A stretch of DNA of 64,000 nt from a virus: the IMG/VR virus record IMGVR_UViG_3300027779_000018, positions 17,952 to 81,951 of that record. One strand, given 5' to 3'. Below are positions 46,903 to 57,842 of this stretch, one piece after another. Position 1 is the stretch's first letter. Each line of letters opens with the position of its first letter. Below the pieces are notes generated by a model. That model did no database searches and was not told where the DNA came from. It saw only the letters and a list, made by a program, of their open reading frames with translations. Made by a program: the position numbers and the translations under genes.

Positions 46903-49900
46903 ATGACAGAAAAAACTGATCTAAATGTATCGCCCTATTATGACGATTTTTCGGAAGACAAAAACTTTCAGAAGGTATTGTTTCGTGCAGGACGGGCGTT
47001 GCAGTCTCGTGAATTAACTCAATCACAATCTATTCTACAAAACCAAGTCGAAAGATTTGGTAACCATATCTTCAAAGAAGGTTCTATCGTTGAAGGAGCT
47101 CAGACTGGATTAGATTTAGAACTATACTATGTTAAAGTAAAATCTGCTAACCCTAATGCATCAGGTGATGCAAATGCGGCAGACTACAGAACTGCGTCAG
47201 TTGGAAAATATTATATTGGTAAGAGTACAGGAGTAGTTGGTAAAGTCATATCTACTTCAGCAGAAACAACTGATGACAAACTTACCCTGTTTGTAAAATA
47301 TGCAAGACAGGGAACAGATACAGGTAACTCATTTACCTTCGCTGCAAACGAAGAACTACAACAAGTAACACTTAATGCAGCTGGATCAACAACCATTGTT
47401 TCTTCAGACTTAAATGAATACACAGTTAACACTAAAACTGATGCAGATAACCCTAATGGTCTTGCTTCGATAGCAAACATTTCAAAAGGTATTGTATATG
47501 TTAGAGGTTTCTTTGTTAAAGTTCCTGCTCAAGAACTTATTCTTGAAAAATATTCAGGAGCTCCTTCATACAGAATTGGTCTGACTATCACGGAATCAAT
47601 TGTTAGTTCGACAGGAGACACTTCACTATTAGATAACTCTCAAGGTACTTCAAACGAAAACTCGACTGGAGCAGATCGTTTAAAATTCTCATTAGTATTA
47701 AGTAAGTATGCACTTACTACCACTGATGATACCGACTTTGTTGAGTTAGCAAGAGTTAATAAAGGTCTTACTGAACTTACTATTAACCGTCCAATATACG
47801 GAACTATAGAAAACACAATGGCTCGAAGAACATTCGATGCAAATGGTGACTTCGTATTAAACCAATACACATCTAGTTTAAGAGAACACTTAGACGATAC
47901 AACTAATAGAGGATTCTACACTTCCGCAAATGGTGGTGATGAAGCAAAAGTTGTAATGCAAGTGTCGCCGGGCAAGGCCTATGTTAAAGGGTACGAGATT
48001 AATAAGATTGCAACATCAACAATTGGTCTTAAAAAAGCAAGAACAACTACCTCATTAGATAACGCAAATACACCTATTCGTATAGGAAACAGTATTAGAG
48101 TTAAAAATACACACTCATTACCTGAATTTGGAAACGAAAGTGGTAGTGAGGCAATGGCACCATTTAAAGAGTGTGAATTATGGGATACTGCCATATCAAC
48201 CGCTGGTGTTGTGCCAACTGGGTCAGCAAATCAAATCGGTTTTGCTAGAGTTAGAAATATCGATTTATACAGTGGAACAGATACAAGTAATGTTTACACA
48301 GATATATCCATATGGAATCTATATCTGTTCGACATTAAAATGTTTACCAAAATTACTGGGCCAACCTCGGCAGCTTCTTTTCAAGCAGGAGATAAGGTTG
48401 TAGGTTCTAGTTCAGGTGCAACAGGTATTGTTGCAAATACAGTTGCTTCAGGACAAGCATCTATATTGGTTCACGATGTTGTTGGTACATTTACAGTGGA
48501 CGATGCTCTATCAACAGTAGGTTCAACAGCAGCTGTAATAGTAGATGTCACTGCAGTAAGAACATACAACGCAGATAGATCAAGGTCTATTACACAAACT
48601 CCTTTGGAAAGTGGTAGAGAAATATTTACTGCAGATATCTATGCAGATCAGAACACTACACTAACTGGAACAGTCACAATCGCTGGGACTGCAATGACAG
48701 GTTTTGGAACTAAATTTGTTGCACAACTTACAGTTGGTGATATCATTCTTGATGGTGGTGGTGTAGAGAGGATCGTTCAATCGATTACCGATGGTACAAA
48801 TGCAGTAATCGCTAGTGGAACATCGATGGTAAATGCAAATTGTGTAAGACGAAGAGTGCAATTATACAACCAAGATCAAACAGCTGCAATCGCATCATGG
48901 CCTAGAGACTGGGTTGCAACACACACTGGTGAATCTGTTCAAGTAAGAAGACAAAAAGTTGTTACCGTAGCATCGGAAGCAGTATCATTAGACACTGGTT
49001 CAAATGCAACCTTTGGTGCAATTAATACCGATAACTTCAGTATTGCAGTTGTAGAAAAAGGAAGTGGTGGTGCAGCTAAAGCACAAGGTGATTTACTTAA
49101 CATAGAAGACTATGCCGATTCAAACGATATCACCTCTTCAGGTTCGGGGCAAACGATCGCAATATCAGGATTTCATGCAGATGATAACGGTGCGAGACTA
49201 AAGATTACATATACATTAACTATTACAGACCCAGTTAATAGAGACAAAACATTAAGACAATCTAGAGTATTACAAGTAAGTGGAAACAGAGCAGCTGCTT
49301 CTCCTTATGTTGGGTTCTATGGAACGGCCTTTGGTGATAAAGATATTACACTAGGTGTTGCAGATGTATTCAAAATCCGTGGAGTTTATGAAGGAACTGG
49401 TGGAACTACACCATTACCACCCTCTGCAACATTTACAGTATCAAGTGGAACCTTTCAAAACTACGAGAAAGTTATAGGTCAAACTTCAGGTGCTCATGCA
49501 ATAATCATCTCAACAGGTGGTACAACATACTTCTATTACATCTCAGGAACATTAGTAAATACTGAGAATGTGGTTGGACAGACTTCAACTGCAGTTGCAC
49601 AATTAAGTAATGTATCAGCAGGTAGTTCTAATATTACTTCAAGATACTTCTTTGACAATGGTCAGAGAGATGGTTTCTATGATCTTGCAAAACTTCAATT
49701 AAAAACTGGAGCTCCAGCACCCTCTAATGCAATTGCAGTAGTATTTGATTATTTCACACCATCAGGTGGTGGAGACTTCTTTGATGTAAATTCATATTCA
49801 GGTATCCCTTACAGAGATATACCCACCTATTCCCCAACAAAAGTTGACTTGGGTGGATTAGAACCTGATGGAACATTTGAACTTTCAGATTGTATCGACT

Positions 49901-52900
49901 TTAGATCAGTTGTAGGACAGATTTTAGGAACATCAACATTCGGAACTAATAATTCACAAACTGTTGCTTCACCAATTGATCTGAGTAATAGTACAAGTGG
50001 AGCAGTTTTTGCACCCTTTGGATACACATCAGGTAGAGATTTTAGATCAGTAAGAACTGGTGTATCATCTACAGGTGCTAATCCTATAGACACCCCAGTA
50101 ACAGGTTCAAGTTTTGTGGGTGACATTTCATTCTATGTTGGTCGATACGATAAAATATTCTTACATAAGTCAGGTAACTTCCAAGTATCAGAAGGAACAC
50201 CCGCATTATCACCAACTAAACCAAAAGCAGTTGACGATTCAATAGAGTTGTTTGAAGTTTATATACCACCTTATACGTTAAATCTAAAGAACATTAGAGT
50301 TAGATCACAAGACCATCGTAGATTTACGATGAAAGATATCTCTAGGATTAATAATCGTGTTACTAACCTAGAACGAATTACATCTCTATCTTTATTAGAG
50401 AGAGATACCCAATCAAAACAAATTTTAGACGGAGACGGATTTGATAGATTCAAATCAGGTTTCTTAGTAGATAACTTTAGGGGACACAGAGTTGGAGATG
50501 TAAACCATCCTGATTATGAGTGTGCTATTGATACAAAAGCAGGTGCAATGAGACCACAATCTTATTCACAATTTTGGGACATATCTTTAAACACTGGTAG
50601 TTCTTCTAGTTATAAAAAGACTGGTGATCTACTAACATTACCATACACAACAAAAACCTATGCAGCTGTTGATAAAGCATCTCGTACAATTAATGTAAAC
50701 CCATACAGTGTATTCTCATTCATGGGAACACTTAAGTTAACGCCGGGCTCTGATGTTTGGAAAGACACTTTCCACCTTCCTGATGTTAGAATCAGTAGAG
50801 AAGGAAACTTTGATGCAATTACATCTTCAGTAGCGAACTCATTAGGAACTGTTTGGAACGAATGGCAAACAACATGGGTCGGAGAACCTACAGTTGTATC
50901 CGAAGAGATACAATCAACTTCCAATGGTTCATGGGCAGGTGACCCAGCACAAGGGGGAACATGGATTGCAGGGGAAGAAGTAACTAGAGAGGTTACCGAA
51001 ACCGTTGAAACACAAACAAGAACAGGTGTTACAACAAGTGTCGTAGAAGACTTTGTTGAAACTAGAGCTGATAGAATGGTAAGTGTAACACTTATACCTT
51101 TCATTCGTGCAAAAACAATTGAAGTTGACGGACAGAACTTAAAACCTAATTCAAACCATTATTTCTATTTCGATAATATCGATGTAAACAAATATGTAAG
51201 ACCTTACAGTACAGATTATTCACAAGATAGTGGTACAACAGTTACTTCAGGTCTTAAAACAGATGGCAATGGAAGACTAAGAGGATACTTCGAGTTACCC
51301 AACACATCTACACAAAGATTCCCAACAGGAATGAGAGAGTTAAGAGCAACTTCAAGTTTCTATAATTTACCAAATCCCTCATCGGCCGCTGGTGAAATAT
51401 ATCAAGCACAGGGATTACTACAATCTTCTCAAACTGAAATTACATCTACAAGAAATGGTAGAGTTGTTTATGAAAGTCTTTCGGGTGAGAGACAAATTAC
51501 CTCGACAGGTGAGAGTTGGAACACCGACCCAGTTGACGAGACAGCACCTGAGTGGATTGATCCAATTCCAGTTGACCAAACACCACCAGTAGTTATCACT
51601 GACCCTGCTGATCCAGTAATTCTGACACCACCTGATCCACCAGTGGTGTCTCCAGTGATACCCATACCTGAGCAAGATATGTGGCTCCCTATCCGCTTTG
51701 AGAGAGAAATCAGAGGTTGGAGAGACCCTCTTGCACAATCATTTATGGTTGATTCAGTCGGTGGGATGTTTGCAACATCAGTTGAAGTATACTTTGAAAC
51801 TAAAGATACAAGTATGCCTGTATCTGTAGAAATCAGAACAATGAATAATGGTTATCCTGCGAACATAGTGATGCCATTTTCAGAGGTCACTAAACTTCCT
51901 GCGGATGTCAACATTTCAGCAGATGGTTCAAGTGCTACTGTATTTACATTCGACTCACCAGTCTTTTTAGACCACGAAGTGGAATATTGTTTTGTAGTTT
52001 CTTCAAACTCAAATGAGTACAATGCCTTTATCTCAAGAATGGGAGAGAAAGACCTTGCAACTGGACAAACAATTTCAGAACAACCATATGCTGGTTCATT
52101 GTTTATGTCTCAGAATAACTCTACATGGACTGCAGAACAAACAGATGACTTGAAGTTTGCATTAAAGGTAGCAGAATTTGATACAACTAAGACGGCAACA
52201 CTCAAATTTGATAACGCGGCAATCCCTACACAAGTATTGCAGAGTAATCCAATACAAACATTCAGTGGTGCGAACTATGTGAAAGTTTACAGTTACACTC
52301 ATGGTATGTACCACACTTCAGGTAACACTACTATTGCAAATGTAGTTGGAGATAAAACAGGTGCAGTATTAACTATCGGTGCTATAGGAAGTGTATCGTC
52401 AACACCCTCAAACGGAACTTATACCAATGTAGCTACCACAACTAGTGGAACAGGAACAGGGTGTAAAGTAGATATCGTGGTTGCGGGTGGGACAGTGACA
52501 TCAACCCTTGTTAGTACAGCAGGTACAGGGTACGCTGCGGTCGATTCATTAACAGTTACAAACTTTGATGGTGGAACTGCAGACGGAACAATTGCAATTG
52601 ATACTATTGGTGACACTTTAGGTGGAATACCGATTGGTGCGATTAACGCAAGCTTTGGAGCAATTTCCAATATTGGAATTGACTCTTTCTGCGTCACACC
52701 TGATCTTTCTGCATACGACTTTGTTTCAGGTTATGATGCAGATGACTCTACAGTTGGTGGCGGTCTCCGTACTGAACCACTAAAAGCAAATGGTGTAGTA
52801 CAGGTGGCAGCGTCAGGAGTAACTTGTACAAGGGATTACTACTTTGATACATTACATACACTGATACCTAGTTTAGCACTACAGGGAACTAAGATCGCTG

Positions 52901-53592
52901 CACATGTAAACACAACAGCAATGAATTCACCTGAAGGTATCATAAGTGGAACAGTTTACACTAAGAGAGCAACAAACACCTACATTACCTTAAATGATAA
53001 TGCATGGATGGGTACTCCTTGTATCGTTGCATCACAAGAAAATGAAACCAACGAAATGGCAGGAACTAAATCATTCACTGCAACACTACAACTGCAATCC
53101 AACAACAAACGTATATCACCAGTTATTGATATTGCTACAATTGGTTGTCTTGGTGTTGCAAACAGAATTAATAATATCGATGTTGTTGGGGATGTTCCAA
53201 CTGGTACAACTTATATTCCATCAACAGCTCCCGATGGTGACAGTAATGTGATGACTTACATAACAAGAAAGGTAAATCTAAAAACTCCAGCTGCAGCAAT
53301 TAGAGTAACAGCAGATTTCTTTAGACCACCGACAACTGATCTTAAAGTGTTATACAAGGTTCTAGAAAACGATAATGCAACACCATTTGACGAGCTTCCA
53401 TGGACATACTTTAATACCACAGGAGCTCCTGATACAACAACAGAAGCAGATGCAAGAAATTATAAAGAGTACGAATTCTCTGTTAATGATCTTCCTGAGT
53501 TTAGTGCATTTTCAATCAAAATTGTAGGACAAGGAACAAGTACTTCAATCGTTCCACAAGTATCTGCATTAAGATGTTTAGCACTAGCATAA
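46903..53592 (+). CDS. VrlC/DUF4815-like large virion structural protein
   Basis: LNVSPYYDDF..KNF..VLF..G..LQ.RELTQ.QS.LQNQ, DRFKSGF.VDNF, DPLAQSF. Confidence 0.88.
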   Translation: MTEKTDLNVSPYYDDFSEDKNFQKVLFRAGRALQSRELTQSQSILQNQVERFGNHIFKEGSIVEGAQTGLDLELYYVKVKSANPNASGDANAADYRTASVGKYYIGKSTGVVGKVISTSAETTDDKLTLFVKYARQGTDTGNSFTFAANEELQQVTLNAAGSTTIVSSDLNEYTVNTKTDADNPNGLASIANISKGIVYVRGFFVKVPAQELILEKYSGAPSYRIGLTITESIVSSTGDTSLLDNSQGTSNENSTGADRLKFSLVLSKYALTTTDDTDFVELARVNKGLTELTINRPIYGTIENTMARRTFDANGDFVLNQYTSSLREHLDDTTNRGFYTSANGGDEAKVVMQVSPGKAYVKGYEINKIATSTIGLKKARTTTSLDNANTPIRIGNSIRVKNTHSLPEFGNESGSEAMAPFKECELWDTAISTAGVVPTGSANQIGFARVRNIDLYSGTDTSNVYTDISIWNLYLFDIKMFTKITGPTSAASFQAGDKVVGSSSGATGIVANTVASGQASILVHDVVGTFTVDDALSTVGSTAAVIVDVTAVRTYNADRSRSITQTPLESGREIFTADIYADQNTTLTGTVTIAGTAMTGFGTKFVAQLTVGDIILDGGGVERIVQSITDGTNAVIASGTSMVNANCVRRRVQLYNQDQTAAIASWPRDWVATHTGESVQVRRQKVVTVASEAVSLDTGSNATFGAINTDNFSIAVVEKGSGGAAKAQGDLLNIEDYADSNDITSSGSGQTIAISGFHADDNGARLKITYTLTITDPVNRDKTLRQSRVLQVSGNRAAASPYVGFYGTAFGDKDITLGVADVFKIRGVYEGTGGTTPLPPSATFTVSSGTFQNYEKVIGQTSGAHAIIISTGGTTYFYYISGTLVNTENVVGQTSTAVAQLSNVSAGSSNITSRYFFDNGQRDGFYDLAKLQLKTGAPAPSNAIAVVFDYFTPSGGGDFFDVNSYSGIPYRDIPTYSPTKVDLGGLEPDGTFELSDCIDFRSVVGQILGTSTFGTNNSQTVASPIDLSNSTSGAVFAPFGYTSGRDFRSVRTGVSSTGANPIDTPVTGSSFVGDISFYVGRYDKIFLHKSGNFQVSEGTPALSPTKPKAVDDSIELFEVYIPPYTLNLKNIRVRSQDHRRFTMKDISRINNRVTNLERITSLSLLERDTQSKQILDGDGFDRFKSGFLVDNFRGHRVGDVNHPDYECAIDTKAGAMRPQSYSQFWDISLNTGSSSSYKKTGDLLTLPYTTKTYAAVDKASRTINVNPYSVFSFMGTLKLTPGSDVWKDTFHLPDVRISREGNFDAITSSVANSLGTVWNEWQTTWVGEPTVVSEEIQSTSNGSWAGDPAQGGTWIAGEEVTREVTETVETQTRTGVTTSVVEDFVETRADRMVSVTLIPFIRAKTIEVDGQNLKPNSNHYFYFDNIDVNKYVRPYSTDYSQDSGTTVTSGLKTDGNGRLRGYFELPNTSTQRFPTGMRELRATSSFYNLPNPSSAAGEIYQAQGLLQSSQTEITSTRNGRVVYESLSGERQITSTGESWNTDPVDETAPEWIDPIPVDQTPPVVITDPADPVILTPPDPPVVSPVIPIPEQDMWLPIRFEREIRGWRDPLAQSFMVDSVGGMFATSVEVYFETKDTSMPVSVEIRTMNNGYPANIVMPFSEVTKLPADVNISADGSSATVFTFDSPVFLDHEVEYCFVVSSNSNEYNAFISRMGEKDLATGQTISEQPYAGSLFMSQNNSTWTAEQTDDLKFALKVAEFDTTKTATLKFDNAAIPTQVLQSNPIQTFSGANYVKVYSYTHGMYHTSGNTTIANVVGDKTGAVLTIGAIGSVSSTPSNGTYTNVATTTSGTGTGCKVDIVVAGGTVTSTLVSTAGTGYAAVDSLTVTNFDGGTADGTIAIDTIGDTLGGIPIGAINASFGAISNIGIDSFCVTPDLSAYDFVSGYDADDSTVGGGLRTEPLKANGVVQVAASGVTCTRDYYFDTLHTLIPSLALQGTKIAAHVNTTAMNSPEGIISGTVYTKRATNTYITLNDNAWMGTPCIVASQENETNEMAGTKSFTATLQLQSNNKRISPVIDIATIGCLGVANRINNIDVVGDVPTGTTYIPSTAPDGDSNVMTYITRKVNLKTPAAAIRVTADFFRPPTTDLKVLYKVLENDNATPFDELPWTYFNTTGAPDTTTEADARNYKEYEFSVNDLPEFSAFSIKIVGQGTSTSIVPQVSALRCLALA

Positions 53593-53593
53593 G

Positions 53594-53806
53594 ATGAGTG
53601 ACTATATTAAAGTAGAGGGACACTCCAACCTTTTAAGAGATGGTGGTTCAACAGCAATAGTTAATAATGATGTGGCGGCATATCGTCTACAGAAGAGGCG
53701 AAAGGAAATATTTAAGAACCAAGTTAAAGAGATAAATACATTAAAAGATGACGTAACAGAGATCAAAGCTTTACTTCACACATTAATAGAGAAAATACAT
53801 GGCTAA
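53594..53806 (+). CDS. small coiled-coil virion-module protein
   Basis: KVEGH..L.RD..S.AIVN...EI..LK.D..EIK.LL. Confidence 0.75.
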   Translation: MSDYIKVEGHSNLLRDGGSTAIVNNDVAAYRLQKRRKEIFKNQVKEINTLKDDVTEIKALLHTLIEKIHG

Positions 53807-56012
53807 GACAGTAGACCAATTCAGCACGATAGAAGACTTCAGATTGAAGCACAACGAGCTCGCAATAGATGTGGGTGACAAGTCGGGCCTTAGAACTACT
53901 AATTCCACAACAGTTGTAGATGCACTTAATAGTTTAGAAGATAAATCATTCTTCTTCCAAGAGTTTATCTATACTGCTTCAGCTGGTCAAACAACATTTA
54001 CTGGTAACGATGAGTTTGCTAATTCTCTATTGATGAGAAAGAACAAGATTCAGGTATACAAAAATGCAGACTTGATACTTGAGGATACGGACTATACTAT
54101 CACAAGTCTTGATTCTAAAGGAAACTATCTTTCCCTAGCATTGACATCAGGTGCGTCTGTAAATGATAAGATTGTCATATACTCTTTCACAGGTTCATAC
54201 TTGGGTGCAGAGGGTGGAGATGCAAGGCCTGGCCAGTTCACAGAAACCGCAGCAGAAACAATTTATAATGTTAACACTAATGGTGTTATTCTAAATGGAG
54301 ATGGTTCTCCGTACCAAACACTTTCGCTTGAAAGTGGATATACTATTCAATTAGCTGGTGCAACATACGGTGAAGAAAACTTAACACTTGCGGCAGGTAA
54401 AACTTTAGCTGCACCTACTATAACAGACAACACACTTTCTGTCAATAGTGGTAACATAACAAGTGGAGTATCGGGTACATTCTCAGGTGCTTTAACTGCA
54501 GGGTCATTTACAGACGGTATAATGACTGCGACAGGTGGTGATATAACTGGTGTTGACGATATTACAGGAACAGCAGACTCTACATTCACTGCATTTAAAT
54601 TTATAGACAAAAGTGGTGCAAACTTAACTGGTGGTGTATTAACCGCAGGTAGTTTAGACATCTCAGGTAATGCAGATGTTGATGGAACGATGGAAGCAGA
54701 TGCGTACACGGTTGACAATATTCCTCTTAATGAGTACATTTCAGATACCGTTGGCGCCATGGTCACTTCTAATAGTGAAGCAGGCATTAGTGTAGATTAC
54801 CAAGATAGTGATAACACACTAGACTTTAATGTTGCTGACCCAACACTTACCTTTACAGGGGATGTTGCTGGTTCAGGACAAATAGTAAATTTAGGTAACG
54901 TATCCATTGGGTTGACAATTCAACCCGACTCTGTTGCACTAGGAACTGATACTACTGGTAACTATGTAGCTACTATTGTTGACGCAGGTAACGATCATAT
55001 TACTGTTGCAAATAGTGGTACAGAAACCGCAGGAATAACCCTAAACATTACTGATGATGCTGTTGATTCAGATCAGATAGCACCTAATGCTGTTGCACTA
55101 GGTACACAAACTACTGGAGCTTATGCGGCAACAGTTGTTGGTACAGCAAACGAAATAACAGTATCGGGAAGTGGTGGAGAAACAGCAGCTATAACGGTAA
55201 GTCTACCCGATGATGTTACTATAGGAAACGATTTAACAGTTACAGGTGACTTGACTGTAAACGGTGATACAACTGCAATTTCGACTACAAATTTAGAAAT
55301 AACCGATAAGTTAATTGTATTAGGGAAAGGTTCTAGTACTTTAGCACAGACTGATTCTGCTGGAATCCAGTTAGGTGAAAATGCGTCTGCACCTACAATT
55401 ACTTGGGATAATGGAAATGTTAGATTATCTATAAACAAAGGACTCTATTCTTCTGTAGGATTTACAGGAAACGTAACAGGTGATGCAACAGGTAACGCAG
55501 GAACAGTCACTAATGGAGTTTATACTACTGGTACTCAAACTATCGGTGGGGCAAAAACATTTAGTTCTTCCATTGTAGGTGCTTTAACAGGCAATGCAGA
55601 CACCGCTACTACCCTAGCAACTGCTATAACTATCGCAGGGAACAGTTTTAATGGTTCAGCAAATATAGCCATCGCTGTAGAAGATTTATCTAATTTTAGT
55701 TCAACAGGTGCTTCTACAGGGCAGGCCCTAGTTTGGGATGGTGGGGCAGGGGAATGGGAACCTACAACACTAGGTTCAACTACCGATTCATATACTGAAG
55801 GAACAAACAATAAATACTTTACAGATGACCGAGTCAATGACATACTTGTTTTACAAGACGGCCTAAAGAAGGTCTATGTTGATAACCCTGATGGGGGTGC
55901 TGATACTCCTATTGATGGACGTGCTACCCTCTCACTAGATTACGAAACTGTAAGTGTTGCTCCGACAGTAGTTGGTTCTACTGCGACTGGACACTTATGG
56001 TTCGTCATATAA
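53799..56012 (+). CDS. tail fibre protein
   Basis: G/T/S/A-rich; GDLTVNG, VALGT.TTG repeats; EGT.N.YFT..R. Confidence 0.8.
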   Translation: MAKTVDQFSTIEDFRLKHNELAIDVGDKSGLRTTNSTTVVDALNSLEDKSFFFQEFIYTASAGQTTFTGNDEFANSLLMRKNKIQVYKNADLILEDTDYTITSLDSKGNYLSLALTSGASVNDKIVIYSFTGSYLGAEGGDARPGQFTETAAETIYNVNTNGVILNGDGSPYQTLSLESGYTIQLAGATYGEENLTLAAGKTLAAPTITDNTLSVNSGNITSGVSGTFSGALTAGSFTDGIMTATGGDITGVDDITGTADSTFTAFKFIDKSGANLTGGVLTAGSLDISGNADVDGTMEADAYTVDNIPLNEYISDTVGAMVTSNSEAGISVDYQDSDNTLDFNVADPTLTFTGDVAGSGQIVNLGNVSIGLTIQPDSVALGTDTTGNYVATIVDAGNDHITVANSGTETAGITLNITDDAVDSDQIAPNAVALGTQTTGAYAATVVGTANEITVSGSGGETAAITVSLPDDVTIGNDLTVTGDLTVNGDTTAISTTNLEITDKLIVLGKGSSTLAQTDSAGIQLGENASAPTITWDNGNVRLSINKGLYSSVGFTGNVTGDATGNAGTVTNGVYTTGTQTIGGAKTFSSSIVGALTGNADTATTLATAITIAGNSFNGSANIAIAVEDLSNFSSTGASTGQALVWDGGAGEWEPTTLGSTTDSYTEGTNNKYFTDDRVNDILVLQDGLKKVYVDNPDGGADTPIDGRATLSLDYETVSVAPTVVGSTATGHLWFVI

Positions 56013-56021
56013 GATTATGAT

Positions 56022-57842
56022 ATGTCAGACGAAATTTTTATAAACACAGGTACTAGTTTTCAACAACAGTATACTGCGAGACAACCAGCGATAGGAACAG
56101 CTCCTACGATAGGAAGTGTTATTGCACAAGCAATTGCAACGACTCAGACTCCGTTCACCTATCAAAGAAGAAGTCCAGCTAATTATAACGCAACTGGTCA
56201 GACTCCGTTCACCTATCAACATAGAACACCGAGTATCTATCAACATCCAACGATTGGTCAACAACCGTTTACCTATGATAATAGACAACCTGCGACATAT
56301 CCTAGGATTGCACGGCAACCCGCTACTTATGCTAGACAAGGAAGACTACCATCTACCTATGATAATAGACAACCTGCGACATATCCTAGGATTGCACAAG
56401 TTACTTATCAGCATCCATTTACTTATCAACATAGAACACCGTCTACATATGCTAGACAAGGTCAAACACCTTATCCTTATATAGCAAGTGGACAACAGCC
56501 GACTGCTAATCAGAATACAGCTTCTGCACAGGCTCCAAGTATTGCGAATGCACAGACAACTTCACAACAACCTTATGCTTATCAGGCAGTAAGTCAGACA
56601 CCTTATATTGCACAAGGAAGAACACCAAGTATCTATAATGCAACTGGACAAGTGGCATATAACTTTCAGCAGCCAGCACAACAACCGTATCCTTATATTG
56701 CTCAAGGAAGACAACCAAGTACCTATCAACATAGGAACCCATTCACATATGCTGTGACACAAGCTCAATCAACTTATTCTTTTCAACAACCTGCGATAGG
56801 TCAACAACCTTATATCTATAGTGATACAATACAAACTTACTTTAGTGGATATTCTTATGAAGAGGATGAAGGTGCATTTGCAATAAATAATAGTGGTCAT
56901 TTCGGTTGTAAATATGTGGGAAATGATATTATACTATATTTCCAAGGTGACGGTAACCAAGAGAACTCAGGAAGTACTGGGACTTATGGAACTGGGACTG
57001 ACACAAGTGTCACTTATTTTAGTAGCTACGCAGAAATAGGAAGAATTAGGGATGCCGCTTCAGGATACACGGTTAGACGAACTACTGCCTATTGGAGTGG
57101 ATTTTCTACATATGACGGTGGGGACGGCTCTACTTCATTTAGTGGCACCATAACAACATCAGCTACATCAGTCACCTCAAGCATGAGAGAGTGTAATTTG
57201 AATAAAGTGTGTATTGGTGCCGGTGAAGGAGAAAGTCGTGCTAGATTTTCATTAATCTTTGAAAAGTCAGGAGATACAACACATACACTGAACTTGGATA
57301 TGTTAATTGATGTTAACTTAACGGAAGAAGAATGTCCAGGCTGTTGTGTCCATGTAAATATGACCGTAGAGACAGCAGATGGAGAAGTTAATGTTAGTAC
57401 ACTATCGGTTGGAGATATGGTTTATGCATATGACTTCTTAGGTGGTGGTAAGATGTTAACTCCAATAGTCCATAAGGTTCTGATCCCAAGAGATTGTGAG
57501 TACCAAGTTAATGACTTGTTACTAACAGAAGATCACCCAATATACTTATCAGACGGAATGCGTAGACATAAAATGGATGGGTCAGCAGGTTTGAGTGGTG
57601 GAAGACGAGCATCGGTTAATCCTGAACTAACAATGGTAAACTATGGACTAGAGGTAGATCAACTTGTAATTGGTGATGTTATGATGAAGGGTGATGGAAC
57701 AACAGAAGAAGTTACTAGTATAACTGCATATGCAGGCACACATGATAACTATGCATTACTAACAAAACAGGGTAACTGGTATGCAAATGGTGTAATGGTA
57801 GATAGTGTTGTTAAAGACTTAAACATTGAGGACATTGCATAA
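56022..57842 (+). CDS. Gln/Pro/Tyr-repeat protein with a C-terminal Hint domain
   Basis: QxP(Y/F)xY repeats over about 270 aa; Hint blocks CVHVNMTVETADG..LSVGD.V, LTEDHP, YANGVMVDS. Confidence 0.82.
   Translation: MSDEIFINTGTSFQQQYTARQPAIGTAPTIGSVIAQAIATTQTPFTYQRRSPANYNATGQTPFTYQHRTPSIYQHPTIGQQPFTYDNRQPATYPRIARQPATYARQGRLPSTYDNRQPATYPRIAQVTYQHPFTYQHRTPSTYARQGQTPYPYIASGQQPTANQNTASAQAPSIANAQTTSQQPYAYQAVSQTPYIAQGRTPSIYNATGQVAYNFQQPAQQPYPYIAQGRQPSTYQHRNPFTYAVTQAQSTYSFQQPAIGQQPYIYSDTIQTYFSGYSYEEDEGAFAINNSGHFGCKYVGNDIILYFQGDGNQENSGSTGTYGTGTDTSVTYFSSYAEIGRIRDAASGYTVRRTTAYWSGFSTYDGGDGSTSFSGTITTSATSVTSSMRECNLNKVCIGAGEGESRARFSLIFEKSGDTTHTLNLDMLIDVNLTEEECPGCCVHVNMTVETADGEVNVSTLSVGDMVYAYDFLGGGKMLTPIVHKVLIPRDCEYQVNDLLLTEDHPIYLSDGMRRHKMDGSAGLSGGRRASVNPELTMVNYGLEVDQLVIGDVMMKGDGTTEEVTSITAYAGTHDNYALLTKQGNWYANGVMVDSVVKDLNIEDIA

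Noticed and set aside
57345-57810. Canonical splicing intein or homing element
   Set aside because: There is no endonuclease domain or terminal His-Asn, and the C-terminal extein is only about 10 aa. It is better described as a cleaving Hint domain.
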